Assembly (NCBI GenBank): GCA_025786725.1
Contig: JAHLTZ010000020.1
Location: 124,001-188,000 of the forward strand
DNA: 64,000 nt
DNA from: Syncephalis fuscata S228
Lineage: Eukaryota; Fungi; Zoopagomycota
Direction: 5' to 3'
Position numbers and translations under genes: made by a program. The stretch's first letter is position 1, and every line of letters starts with the position of its first letter. The notes beneath the pieces are model-generated. The model made no database searches. It saw only the letters and a program-made list of their open reading frames with translations, and was not told the DNA's origin. Positions 1 to 13,241 of the stretch are shown one piece after another.

Positions 1-266
1 TTATGATGGCCATCTACCATTTGTAAGATGAAACTTCAGGAGAACCATAGAATGACATCATACATGTTCCATGACCATCCTCGTACATGACGTCATTAAT
101 CATAATAATTTAGTGTGACAAAAATATGACGTTGATCATGCCACCGTTTACACTAATGCTCATCATGTTACGCATACTTTATACAATTGATTCCTCACAT
201 CAATCGATAAGTATCACAAATTTATTAGTCTTGTTCCAAGTATGCATTTGTGTAAAGGTGACAACT

Positions 267-1587
267 CTATAAAAGAGTTTCACCAAGTGCACATCGTACT
301 AAAGAACAGCCAATTTTGACCGTTTGTTCCAACGCTTTCATATCACCTAGGGATGGATTGACTTCAACCATATCCATAGCCACTAGTTGACCGGTGGCAG
401 CGATCTCTTCGCAGATATAATGGCCTTCTCTAAAGGTAAGACCACCACGTACTGGTGTGCCTACAAAGAATAGCAGATCAAATAGATACCACGTGTTTGG
501 CAATAAAGGCATGGGTATGTGTAAGTATAGGCCATATTGTTACAATGCTTAATTATAGCAGTAACTTACCTGTACTAGGTGCTACAGTTGGATCAAGGGC
601 ATCAACATCAAAACTAAGATGGATTGGTAGGTTACGTTCGGGATTGACATGATCTAATGCCATTTCTACAACTTTGCCAATACCGTATTTATCTGAAATA
701 GGCAATAGTAAATAAATAGCAATAAATAAATAGTCATATATTATTAGTTACAGAATAAATCATTATAATTGTATTGCCATGTTGTAATACTTACCAACAT
801 CATGCATGCTAAAAGCACGAATGTTATTATCGCGTAAATCTTTTTCTCGCCTGCGTCGACATCACGCAGTCCAATGTAGACTAGACGCTCCTTTTTCAAA
901 ATAGGCTTGACCCATTCAAATCCAGGCAATGTTTTATCGCTGAATATACCAAGAAGGAAGGCCAATGGACAGCCGTGTAAATTGCCAGAATCGGTCGATT
1001 CATACGAGTTAATATCCTAGTTGATAGTGCAGTCTATTAGTACAGATGCTCTTTATAATACGCGTGTATATAGCAACTTATTTTGCTTACCGCATGAGCA
1101 TCAATCCACAGAACGCATAGGTCATCGCCATAGACGGCAGTACTACCAGCAATTGTACCAATAGCCAAACTATGGTCACCACCAAGTGTAAGGGCCAGTT
1201 CGCCTCGTTCACAATGCTGGCGTACTTGATCGGCAAGTGTTTGGTTAACGGCGGCAACAAAACGTGGCGCTTTAATCAAACCAATATCTGGATCATCGGC
1301 CGGCTTTAGCTTATCGCAATCGTTTAGCGTGTCGTTAATGGTAACCTTCCAACCAAGTTCCTTTAGTTGGTCTGGTAAGCCATACTGGTTAAGGAGAATA
1401 GGCGCGGTGTCTACACCTTCCTTTCGCTATACACCACAAGTATATACATAATATGTAAGTATGGTAATCTATTTGCTACAGCTCTACTGCTTACCTGACC
1501 AGCACTAAAGGCCGCGCCAATAATGCCGACTGTTTTAGGTTCGGCTATACGCTTATAGCTAGGCTGTGGGTTCGAGTACTGTGTCAT
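267..1587 (-). CDS. CAR1: Arginase (multi-exon)
   Basis: Spliced pieces give [17 protein letters not shown](I)[35 protein letters not shown] and DMVEVNP ureohydrolase motifs. ATG at 1587, TAG at 267. Confidence 0.95.
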
Positions 1588-2124
1588 CGCTAATGAATGA
1601 ATAAACAAATGAGCAAATGAGCAAATGAGCAAGTAAGAAGGTGATAGTAAAGAGTATAGGGAAGCTAATAAGAAGGAGCGGCAAGGCTCTTGTACTGCTA
1701 CTGTATTTATATTAAACTGCTTTTCTATCTACTGCGATTGACCACTGTTACTCCTACTATTATTACAGCTGCAACTGCTGTTAAAGACTATACGTCATAG
1801 GCGCTTTCGTCATGTATATGCCCCACACCAAATATTCCTCCCTTTCTTTTTTCTATTCTTCCTTCTACTTTATATTCTATGGAAATTCATATTAAAGCAG
1901 ACAAGAGCAAGCATACCAATACAACTACTGTACATGTAAAACAGAGCACTGTAGCTATGAAGCTCTTATCTCCGTTCCGAGTATTTCCTTATATGGATTC
2001 GTGTGAGAATCACACACCACTGAATTATTTGATTTATTGGCCAAGGCCTTAATTAATTGGAATAAAATTACCAGTGCCGTTGATATCACAGCTACCATTT
2101 ATGATAAGCAATCTACATACGCCA

Positions 2125-3151
2125 TAAATAACCATCTGATAAGTTTATACAGTTTAGGCTAGATTGGTTACTAGAAGACTGGCACGCTATTGCTAGTAAT
2201 CCATTGCCTTCTTGCCTTTACGTTCAAGCTTCTCGGCCTTTCGTATCGCCCTCTGCGCCTTCTTCTCTTGTCTACGCTGTTCTTTTAGTGCACGTCGTTC
2301 TTTTTTACGTTCATCGCAAGACGATATCGAAGAAACTGACGATGCTGATGATGGTCATTAGCCCATGCTTTGGCATCAATTGCTTGGTCAAGCCATCGGC
2401 CAAGTTGATCATTAGCACGTGTATATCTATATTGATTATTAATACAAAAATATGGTTGCATAAATATTTTGTTAATGTGTATATTCGGCTAATGTTTACT
2501 AATCATTGAATATAAATAAAACACGAGTATAATTACAATAACTAGATCAAAGTGAGTTAAGGCGGAATCATGATTTTATTACTACAATCTTGCATAGTCG
2601 AGTAAACACCATCAATTGCAAGATTGTTATAATATGATGCTGCCATTGAGTAAAAGGCGAGTAAATTGGAACATTGGCTGAAACTTGGTGTATAAATGGA
2701 CTAAACAACAGTTGTTGAATGGTCTTGTTTTTGCCAAATATATATCCAAAGTATGTTGGAATAAGAGTTCAATTAAGCCGCCAATGCAAATGCCCTGGAA
2801 GTATCGCCTATTCTATGTTTATAAGTAAATATGACATAGATAATAATATTAATATATAACCAGGCAATATACAATGCCACTTACCAACAATTAATACAAA
2901 TTATGAAATACATGCGAAAATAACGTATAAGCAGCGTATAATCAATTGTTACATGAAATTACTTACGATCTAAATTGTTAGTTTGGTAATAAAACAGTAT
3001 TTAATTAGTTAAATAATAAACTGTTGCAATTACAACATACTACGACGAATCAGAGTTGGCTTCGCATCTACCATCACTGTACTGGCAGCGAGAGCCACGA
3101 GGATGGCGCAGACAACAGCAATAGAAAGCTTCATGTTAATATTGATTTGCC
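2125..3151 (-). repeat. Inverted copy of composite duplicated block (reverse complement of ~36065-37113)
   Basis: Near-identical to the reverse complement of 36065-37113, including the captured 3' end of the 6658-8208 gene (with a short internal deletion near 2350). Weaker, diverged similarity continues to ~3650. Confidence 0.9.
3041..3134 (-). CDS. Exon 1 of small secreted pre-pro-peptide gene (copy 1)
   Basis: MKLSIAVVCAILVALAASTVMVDAKPTLIRR followed by a GTATGT donor. Signal-peptide-like, ending in dibasic RR; paralogous copies at 36082 and 62686. Confidence 0.55.
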
Positions 3152-4599
3152 AAAGAAAGTAGGCAGAATGGACAACAATTTGTTAGAATAAAGTAATAAG
3201 TAACAAGTATTTAGCAGAAAGTAAAGTGCGATGCTAATACAATCAGTTATTTGTGCGTATTGTGTAAATTTTCTAGTTATATAGTCACAATAGAACACCA
3301 GCATGCTGTATTCATAAACTATATCATTGATGTACAATGTGAACCAATAATAACATATCTATATGGTGGATTAAAGCACGGGTAACCAATATATCAATGA
3401 CGAAATATCATATAGCCAGGCCTTTGCCTTAATTTATACGGCATTTACACAATGACGCAGCGACACCACTAATACAGTTCGTATTTGATAGAAATGCATT
3501 TATCAATTGTATTTTATTGTTATACAATTCGATTATCTGGTATTAATTAACTCTATTGGTTCTAAAGAAATAGTGATGATACATTGATGTGCCTTTGTTG
3601 TTGCTTTCACCAATAATCCCAATCCCAATATCTGCATACATTTCAAACAATGTATAACACCAACACAGCAGCAGTATTGCTGTGCATAAACTAGTTGGAT
3701 TCTTCAAGCTATATCAATATACTGGCTGGTTCACCTGTGCATTTGATTTGACATTGCAGCTTTACTACAACAATGAATAGTTTATTTCTAGCACAACATT
3801 ACGAATGCTAATGCAGTCTGTGTTACTAATCATGAATGATTTGTTTTGTTTATTACTGTCAGTTATAAGTATTTTCGATAATAATATATCGTGTCTAGTT
3901 GTTGGTGTAATCTATTATTTGGCCTCAAAAAAGTAAACTGCCTAAATAACATGTAACTCTCTGTAAAAGCATTGGATTATGTCTATCAGGCTGCCCCATT
4001 TAGATAAGATTAATACTGGGCGTACAGCAGCAGTTTATGGCATACCAACCTGTACTGTCTTGCCGTGTAGATGATTCATATGGCAATAACTTGATTAAAA
4101 TAACAAGTTTACAATTTGAAATGCGTATTATACACTTTGTATTCCGACTATGTTTTTATGCTTTACAATTCAAAGCTAAGGGTGTATTGCACAATTTACA
4201 ACCATATTAGCAGTATTATTCGCTATTTATACCAGTTCCCGCCCGTTTTATTTCATAGTCGTGTGTAATAAATACTATTTACTGAGTGACATGAAGATAA
4301 ACAATGCACTAGTGTAATTTATTTAATATTATAATATATATCGCTATGTTTAGTGGTCAGAATAGCTGAGTTGTATCTATAACTAATGGCCAGTCATTAT
4401 GCTTATTGCTGACCATTGTCACAGCATTTATGTCTACCGATGTATCTATATGTCATAACTAGCTAGCGTTAGATAACTTAACAATAATCAGTTATTAATA
4501 ACCAGCCCAATAAATATTTTTAATAAACTAATAATCTCATTTACATCTATATTGCTTGTTTTACCAATATAACTCAATAAGCAAATTGAGTGCATTGTA

Positions 4600-4860
4600 T
4601 TAAACCATATAATAAACAGAATGTGCCTGGTATGTCATAGAATGATATATATTAATGTGGGATAGAATGGAAATGATATAGGTGAATAGAGTATATATGT
4701 GTACTGAATATATGCATACTGGATAATGAATCTATGATGATGAGTATTTTGAACCCTGACATTATTCACCACCCACCATCATGTTCAATAGATTGGATGT
4801 TAATGAATTTAGCCATTTGGCCACTAAATCACACTAAATTATTAATAAAATGTCTAATAG
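4600..4860. mobile_element. Partial copy (one arm) of MITE-like long-TIR element
   Basis: Contains the arm motif gatgagtattt...tcaccaccca..atcatgttcaatagattggatgtt shared with ~9040-9100, ~37880-37930 and ~46460-46520. Confidence 0.65.
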
Positions 4861-4994
4861 TAATGTAGTGGTTACAGCATGAATAAATAAGATAGTATTC
4901 TCTTTATAAATATATTTTTATAAACTTAAATGTCAACTGACAATATAAATCAATATTATCTGTTTTATTCTTCCTTCGTCTAGTCTAGATAAAC

Positions 4995-6442
4995 ATGACT
5001 CAACCACTTGATAACACAAGCTCCACCACTAAAGCTGGTGCTTCAACGCATTTCTGGACTGAATTCCAAAAAGAACAAGAATGTAAGCTGGTAATTGCAC
5101 AGGAAAGGCAAGCTAACTGTTGGCGAATACATGGTGAACATTTGCAATGTAGTTATTCAGGCGGCACTCGACAGTATTCAAAGCAGTGGACGCGGCCTTG
5201 ATGACCAGTTGAGTCGGTTATTACAGCAAATTAACGCACTGCGCTCCAAAGTGACCGAAGCACTTGTTTACATTCCAACATATGATGAGCAACAATATAT
5301 GAAGGTAAGCTAGCGAAAGCAAAAAAGCTACTGTTTATATACTTCTTCTAACTTGATAAGTCAGGCACTAAACACTTTATCAGAGCAGCTTAGCCAGAAA
5401 CGTACTCGATTCGCTCCTCGTAAAAAGTTTGCTTTTCGATCACGTCCTGTTGCTTCAAGCACTGAACCAACACCCAATGTAGCATCGACATTGAGCGGTA
5501 CATCTAACAACGATATTAGTACAGCTACTGCGGCAACAGTTAGTAGCAATAGTATGACCACAAGTAATAATGCATCAGAGCAGAATATAGGTAAGTGGTT
5601 AAATATCAACTTATTGTTGTTGTTGTTGTTGTTGTTTAATTGTTATTTATTAGGTAGCGCATTTGAGATACGCGATCAATCTGGTCAATATACAGCATTA
5701 GCAGATCAACTAGCTGGTGATGTATCAAAAGCAACGCTAGCTACAAATGATTGCGCTCTAACAAACATGACCAATTGTATTATTGATCTACGCTTACCAG
5801 CGACCGATACTTCAACTGGATCCAATGCTTATCGACCACTCTCTGCGCTGCATATCCGTAAATTAAAACGGTGCATTGTACTAGTGGGTAATGTTGAAGG
5901 CTCAATTATGCTACACGAGTGCCAACAGTGTATATTTCTTATGGCATGCCGTCAAGTAGGTTATTCATTTTGACAACAACGCTTACTCAATGCTTATTGT
6001 CATTTAATATATATTTAATAGTTTCGTATGCACACATCAGATCAATGTGACATTTATATGCATTGTAGCAGCCAGCCTATTATTGAGCATTGTAATCGTA
6101 TTCGATTCGCACCACCTTCCTCTGTGTTTACTGAGCAACAGCTTAGAGTACGTATAATGATGATGATGATGATAATACAAAAACTATTATTAATAAATGA
6201 ACTAAAAATAACAATATTAGAATACAGCATTTGCTACAGAAGCAAATCGTTGGCAAGAAGTAAATGATTTTTTATGGATTAAACGACACCAAGCCTCACC
6301 AAACTGGTCACTACTAGCCGATGATGCTGTAGAGCGAACAGATACTCAGCAAGCGTTATTATGGCAAACAGCAACCACACAATTTGATAATGATAGCTCA
6401 TCGGAGCTGGAACAAAGGCTTACAACGTTTGTGCCATCATAG
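4995..6442 (+). CDS. TBCC: Tubulin-binding cofactor C (multi-exon)
   Basis: N-terminal helical region (YIPTYDEQQY, PRKKFAF) and C-CAP/cofactor C beta-helix (GSIMLHECQQC...ACRQ|FRMH...SSQPIIEHCNRIRFAP, NRWQEVNDFLWIK...SPNW). Arginine finger retained. Confidence 0.92.
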
Positions 6443-6514
6443 GATGACTAAAAATCAAAGTCATAACTAGATATTTAAAAATAAAATAATTATTGATTGA
6501 TGGAATAATTCTGC

Positions 6515-6531
6515 GTGTGTGTGTGTGTGTG
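6515..6531. repeat. (GT)8 microsatellite
   Basis: Seen directly. Confidence 0.85.
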
Positions 6532-6657
6532 CGTAGTACAAATTCTTGGCAAAGTCGCTAATAAAATGGCAGTAATCGCCTGTTTAAAAAAGCTGGTCTA
6601 ATTATTTTTGTTACTATTATTCACCACAATTACTGAGCTTTACACCATTTGCTCGTC

Positions 6658-8208
6658 ATGCAACTAAAACAAGCAGAAAGCAAAGCTATGGCACAAGAAG
6701 CGGCGGTGCAAGAACAAGAACAAGAGGCAGATAACATGCAAATTGATTTGCCACCAAGTTATCATGACGCTGTTGCTGCCGTTATAGGTACGAAATCGAC
6801 TGAAGAACGAGCATTGCCACCACTGCCTTCATCAGCACCAGCTATGGGATGGCCTGCATCATCATCATCATCATCATTGTCATCAGTAGGACAGGTGTTG
6901 CATTGGCAATTGGAGAATTTACAACAAAGTAAAATACGATTAGGACTATTCGATCCAAGTCGTGGTGTTCAATATCCAGTTATACGTGCTCCATTGGAGC
7001 GTGTATCAGGTTTGTCATTTGCTGGTGTATGGGACCAGACACAGATGTCATTACGTCACTTAAAGCGATGTGCGGTTCATATCCACACGCCATCTGTGTC
7101 TATGCATCCACATCCCGTTCAATGTCAATTAAATAATATTTCGCGGTGCAGTATTGATTTGACGGGCGAACAAAGTTATTTATTTGTTGGTCTACAACTG
7201 AGTAGCATTAAAGGATCACGTGTAGCATTAGGGCCAGCACAAGGATCCGTTCGCTTGTCAAAGATTTCAAAAACGACACTAATACGCTCACCAACAGCTG
7301 CACCGCCAGCGTCATTAGTTTATAATGCATCGGCTGTCAATTTACAAGGCCCGTCTATATTTCACGCAGAAAAATTGTCACGATGCACACTTGATTTACG
7401 TTCACCAGCTACTAGTACGCAGCAAACGGCACCGTTTACAAAGGTTATACTATCGCGTTTGTCGCGCTGTGTTGTCTATCTTGATTATGTACCAGGCTCA
7501 ATTTCACTTGATAAGTGTAAACGTTGTATTGTAGTTATTCCAGGCCAGCAAATGACATTCCGCAAATGCTCGCGTGTTCGCGCGTACATTTTACCAAGTA
7601 CGGTGATTAGTACAGAGCGTACACGTAGAATACAGCTAACACCACTGTCGGGCAATACTTATCGTGAATATCAAGTAAGTTTAGCAATATATACTATTAA
7701 TTGATTTGTTAATATTATTTTATAGATGCCTGCTACTCATTTACCGCAGCCACGATCACCATGTAGTTCACCTGCTATAAATGCAACCACACCATCTACT
7801 CTCCCTGCTTCACCGCCTGATTATCATGTGCTATTTCCATCAGCTGGTGCAGCTCAATCTGATATGGACGATGATAAGGCAATGAAAAAAGTACCCGCTG
7901 CTAGCACGTCATCAGCAGAGGTTGGTATGTGGTCCACACAGAATGTGGAACAGGATACACGTGCTAATGATCAACTTGGCCGATGGCTTGACCAAGCAAT
8001 TGATGCCGAAGCATGGGCTGATGATCATCATCAGCAGTCGTCATCGGCTTCATCAGCATCGTCGATTTCTTCGATATCGTCTTGCGATGAACGTAAAAAA
8101 GAACGACGTGCACTAAAAGAACAGCGTAGACAAGAGAAGAAGGCACAGAGAGCGATACGAAAGGCCGAGAAGCTTGAACGTAAAGGCAAGAAGGCAATGG
8201 ATTACTAG
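6658..8208 (+). CDS. Divergent TBCC-domain paralog with repeated beta-helix modules and basic C-terminal tail (2 exons: 6658-7674, 7726-8208)
   Basis: LNNISRCSIDL...GPAQGSVRLSKI and AEKLSRCTLDL...YVPGSISLDKCKRCIVVIPGQQMTF mirror the TBCC domain of the neighbouring gene. In-frame GT-AG intron. Confidence 0.75.
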
Positions 8209-9342
8209 CAATAGCGTGCCAGTCTTCTAGTAACCAATCTGGCCTAAACTTTATAAACTTATCAGTGGTTTATTTAGCTAGCTGTCTTATTTATGTTATG
8301 ACTATTACATTAATATTAAACAATTTAATTAACACCAAATAATATGGTGTTAGATGACTACAGTAGTAATATTCATACATTTGAACTAGACACTCGTCAT
8401 ATTGAAGATGGTGACAGGTGGTGAGAAGTATCGACAATTGAGTCATTTAATTATCTATTGTGATTTGATGGCCAAATAACTATACTTAATAGCATGTATT
8501 TTATTGAACTGATCATTCGTTCTATTGAACATGGAACTGAGTGGTGAGTGACGTCAAAGTTTAAAATATTTATTATGTAGATTTATGATCCAGTATACAT
8601 ATATCCTCATTCACTTATATCATTAACAGTGTATGTCTATACTGTTATATATCATTTTATGATATACTGAATAGATTCTATTGTTTATATGTTCAATTAC
8701 ATATAGCTTGCTAAATGAATAAGTGAATGGGTCGAAATTTATTAATAATAAGCTAGAACAAAAATAAAAACAGTTTTGGATAGAGCAAGGCTATACGAGT
8801 ATATAATGATATATAAAACGATAAATGTACGGTGAAAAGCATATAAAATGATGTTAAAGTTATAGCGTGTATAGCGTAATGAGAGGAATGAGGAAAGTAT
8901 ATAGGCGCATATAAACAATAGAATGTGTCTAGTATGGAATAGAATAGTATATAATAGTGTGGAATAGAATGGGAATGCTATATGTAAATAAGATATATGT
9001 GTACTGAATAGATGTATATTGGATAATAAATCTACAATGATGAGTATTTGATAATTGATGTCACTCACCACCCATCATTATGTTCAATAGAACAAATGTT
9101 AGTTCAACTGCGCGAATGTTATTGAATGAGTATTTGATTGCCAATATTACTGATATCACATTATTATTTTACATGACTGGAACTATAACACACTTGCTTT
9201 ACCTTTCTGTTGTCTAAATCATTTCACTTTGTTCTGTTATCGCCCTTGCGGCCATTTTAACATATAACATAGCTGAAGAAATAACATTTGGTTTACCAAT
9301 GTTTTATTTAGCTTCTGCTTTTAATCATGTTTAATAAAATAA
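7955..9342 (+). repeat. Donor segment duplicated at 36793-38185 (direct) and partly at 2125-2425 (inverted)
   Basis: About 1.39 kb near-identical sequence covering the 3' end of the TBCC paralog, its downstream region and a MITE copy. Confidence 0.92.
8440..9145. mobile_element. MITE-like element with long imperfect terminal inverted repeats
   Basis: Left arm ttctattgaacatg...gtggtgagtgacgtca...gtagattta mirrors right arm taaatctac...tgatgtcactcaccacc...atgttcaatagaa. Non-coding AT-rich interior shared with the 45945-46710 copy in opposite orientation. Confidence 0.65.
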
Positions 9343-9485
9343 GGGGAAAGTTAAATAATAATAAGATAATACTAGCGTGAAATCAATGTATGAAAACATT
9401 ACTACTAACACTACTACTGACCATAGTAGCTATGATAATAACGATTGTATAGACCTGTCACAAGTCATGCACTATTCTCCTCTGC

Positions 9486-10549
9486 TTATTGTTCTTTACG
9501 GTCCGACAATTGTTTTAATGCATCCAGCATCTGATTGCGTGTATTTTGTGTAAGGGCCTCAACATCTGAAGTCTCCATGCCCTTTGTAGAAATAGGAGGC
9601 AATACTATAGAAACAGTAGTATGTTAATACATTATATAATAAAAAGTAATTAATCTCAATAATAAGATAGTAACAAACCTTTAACACGAACAACACCATC
9701 GACCCAATAACGAGCTTGACCACTGTAGATATTGCTATAATTGGAGATTACAACAGGTACAATAGGCACTTGACCTTGTTGTGCCATATGAAATGCGCCC
9801 TTCTTAAATGGTAACATTGACGCGTCAGCAAGACGAGCACGCGTACCTTCTGGATACGCAAATACGCTTAGCTATATATATTATATATAGTTAGCTAATA
9901 AATTCATGTCATTCTATACTTAGTAAAGTACAATTTACCATCACTTACATTATGAGCCTTGATGTCATCCGCGGCCTTTTTAAGTGCTAACAGGGCACTT
10001 TCGTGATTTTTACGGTCAATCAAAATACCGCGGCCCAGCACAACTAATATTAAAGCAAATAAAAAAGTTAGTATTCAGCGGACATTATTATATCAGTCAT
10101 TAATAGGACGACTACAACTATTACTTACTGAAGGTACCAAGTAGTGGAACGTAACGCAATGACTTTTTAGCAACCACTACACAGTTGCGCGGCATAAGCC
10201 ACGCCATAATAAAGACATCAAGCGTTGCTTGGTGGTTGGCAACAATCACGCGAGGTTGCTCATCTGCCAAGTGTTCTGCACCTTCAATCTCGACTCGCAA
10301 GCCGGTTAGGAACGAGCAAAGCGTACACATGAACTTGGAGCTATAGTAATTAATATTGGACCGTTGTCCAATAGGTGCTAACACGATACAGAGCACCGCG
10401 CCGTACATAGTCGTCAAACCAACACTAATAAAGAAAAAGAACATTTTACGATAAAATGGATATCGTATCAATAGCGTTGCTATTATCGCCGTTACAACGG
10501 CATAGGGTAGCGGTATCGCTAGAAGAGTGGAAGCCAATTGAACAACCAT
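9486..10549 (-). CDS. SLC1: 1-acyl-sn-glycerol-3-phosphate acyltransferase (multi-exon)
   Basis: NHQATLD, LIDR, YPEGTR and PFKKGAF PlsC motifs; N-terminal TM helices. Confidence 0.93.
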
Positions 10550-10846
10550 TGTAAACAAATATAGAATCGGCAAGCAGCAAAAGTCGTAGCACTAGCAAAT
10601 CGTAACCGTTGTAACTACTAAGAAAAAGAAAGAGAGGAACAAGGCTTAGCAAGGAAAACTAAGGGAAGAAGCGATGGGCGGGATATAAGCGTGGTTTAAT
10701 AATGCTTTGATAAGTGACTAGCTTTATTGTCTTTATATCACATGGATCTGTTACTATTTGATACTATTTGAGACTAATGGCAAATAGTTGCTATTGTATA
10801 GCCATTTAATATTCCACACTCTATATAACTTAAAGGTACATGTGCG

Positions 10847-10950
10847 TAAAAGGGGCCACTGTCGGAGGCATTCTACCGATCTAGCGGGCCCCAACGAAGA
10901 TGCCGGTCACACGAACTTGAGTGGAAGCCGGAGGCACAAGATGCCGAATC
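10847..10950. promoter_or_regulatory. GC-rich structured/duplicated-motif island in the divergent SLC1-SNAPC1 intergenic region (promoter element or ncRNA)
   Basis: GGGGCC...GGCCCC and TCGG/CCGA hairpin; CGGAGGCA and AAGATGCCG each occur twice, within otherwise AT-rich DNA. Confidence 0.3.
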
Positions 10951-11013
10951 AAAGTGTATAATATAAATTCTTTTTTTCTATTTTGGTTTGCATATTAGTT
11001 TATAGCGCTAGCT

Positions 11014-12242
11014 ATGACGACGAATAATTACTTTTCGCCTTACAATCGGTTAAACAATGCTGCAGCTACGCCATTGCCGGAGCCGACTGTACCTCTGGGC
11101 CGCACGGGTATACCGGCCCGCGTTATGCGGAAGGATATTGAATCTTTATTGATTGAATTCAAAAAGGTAACTCATCAGTTATTGATCGGTTAATAAACCA
11201 TAGTATTTACACTTTATTTATAATGATATGTATATACATGTGTGTAGAGAGATAATCTAAAGTTATCGACATTTGCAGAGACGTGGAATGAATTGGGCTG
11301 GACGTATATTCATTTAGCTTGTCCGAATAACGATGTTCAGCCATTATTCATGCAAGGACTCTATAATACGGTATTTGTATGTATTTAACAATAATTACAA
11401 TAACGCATTACTAAATAGACCATGGTGTTAATAGCATTAATATTACGAGAGGGTCCGTCGTATGCCGATCGTATTACGGCTGTCTACGCACTCTACTATC
11501 TCTACTTTACACAGCCACCAGTGAAATATGCACCTACCATTCGTATTCGTACCAGTCTCCGTATGTATTGCTATTAATGTAGTGCTAACAGTATAGGCTA
11601 AACTGTAAATTAATAGGACTATGGCACATATTGTTGGCTTTTTACGCCAAATACTTGATGATTCATGCGATGCTGTGTCAGCAGCCGTTAAAGAAGACGT
11701 ACGCTATACATTATATCGATTGCGATCTGAGGATGCATGGGATTTTGTAGCGGTACAAACACCACCACAATGGTCAGGTCATCGACCAGAACAAGATGAT
11801 ATGCTACAGTAAGTAGAAGGAAAAAGACGGTCATCATTAATTAATAATGTGGATTATTAGATGGGAAGTGATCTTACATGATAAAGTAGAAGAGATGGAA
11901 CAGCAATTACCAGCGGTAAGAACGAATATGTATTTATCAGAATAGAAAGTTTAATCATATTGCTGTGATTAGTTAAATGCACTGCCATTACCAGCACTTA
12001 ATGAAATTGCTGCACTCGATCAGGCATATGCTAATGCTAAAGCTCAGATGGCTGATCTACCTTATTTATCTGCCGGTCATTCTGCACAACCATCAAGTCA
12101 GAGCGGAGAAGTGACGACTGCCATGCACCGACTAGTTGCACAATCATCTCGTAATATCGATGGACGACGTATGATATCAGAATTACGCACACAGGCTGGC
12201 CACAAAGGTGTTCGTGATGACCGACATGGCGGGCGACACTAA
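11014..12242 (+). CDS. SNAPC1: snRNA-activating protein complex subunit 1 (SNAP43)-like, multi-exon, mostly missed by the ORF track
   Basis: KDIESLLIEFKK|RDNLKLSTFAETWNELGWTYIHLAC...DRITAVYALYYLYFTQP...IRIRTS fits the SNAP43 N-terminal pattern. Confidence 0.72.
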
Positions 12243-12340
12243 TAGCAATGGTGTAGCGAGAATGTAAAAGTAACATTATACTGTGACAGAAGAGAGTATC
12301 ATAAGTATATTTTACTACTTGTATTTTAAATAATAAACGA

Positions 12341-13241
12341 TTAAAGAATATTCCATAAATCTTCAAAAGCACAGCAAATCTTGCCACAAGCTACCGAGGC
12401 AGAAAGTGGATACTCGCTAACTGATATTTTCTCCTCGACATAAGCATCGGCAAATGTGTCGGCACCATGGGCAAGTGCACCTACTGCCACAACAATTGTC
12501 TCGTCTTTTGGCAGTGTACGTGTCCAGGTAGGCAAATGAACGACATCAGCATCATAGGAAAGGCCTATAGATAATAATAATAATAATAATAGATACATAT
12601 AGTCATGTTGAGCATTGCTATAAATATACACTTAAATATGTGTGCTACTTACAAATTTTTTGCAGTTTGAAGGGAAGTGGTCGGATACTGGATTCTTAAT
12701 TACTTTCAATAATCGCTCTGTGCCATTGACTGAACGAATACTTAGTTTATGTAATAATTGCACTGTAGAAACATATTAGTTGATGTATTTTTTAATAAAA
12801 TACAGCTGCTATCTTACCCATAAGCCCGAGAATCGCTTAAATGTACGTGGAATACGTACATGAGGATTTACTTCGATGAGTACATTTTTTGATGTATGGA
12901 TATACACTTGTAGTCGACCGGCTTTGTTTAACGGACTGTCGAGCAGTGTAAGTAGGCACTAGGTTGGCGTGGTCATTAGTGCTATATCACAAAACCGTAT
13001 ATCTAAAACTGCTTACCTGGTGCGTAATATCGGGCCGTGCTTCGGCAACCTCGCGGCCCAGCTTACGTAGAATGTTTTGATGGTCGTCGCAGTTCAATAG
13101 TTGGTAGCGCGCCTCTTTGTTTTTGCCAATCTTGTACGTCTCTAACGACGCAGACTCTAGAACAACGATAAGACGGCACGCATTTTCTTTTTCAATTACA
13201 GTGCGTGGAATCTTGGGTGCTTTCGGGATAAATTCTGCCAT
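12341..13241 (-). CDS. EMG1: 18S rRNA pseudouridine N1-methyltransferase Emg1/Nep1
   Basis: [27 protein letters not shown]|[45 protein letters not shown]. Confidence 0.96.

Noticed and set aside
1879-2052. Short ORF MEIHIKADKSKH... divergent from arginase
   Set aside because: Under 60 aa with no recognisable motif; it could be a gene start truncated by the adjacent duplication, but I cannot support that.
8742-9071. Hydrophobic ORFs 8742-9071 and 37591-37911
   Set aside because: They lie inside the MITE, and the frame is not conserved between the two near-identical copies.
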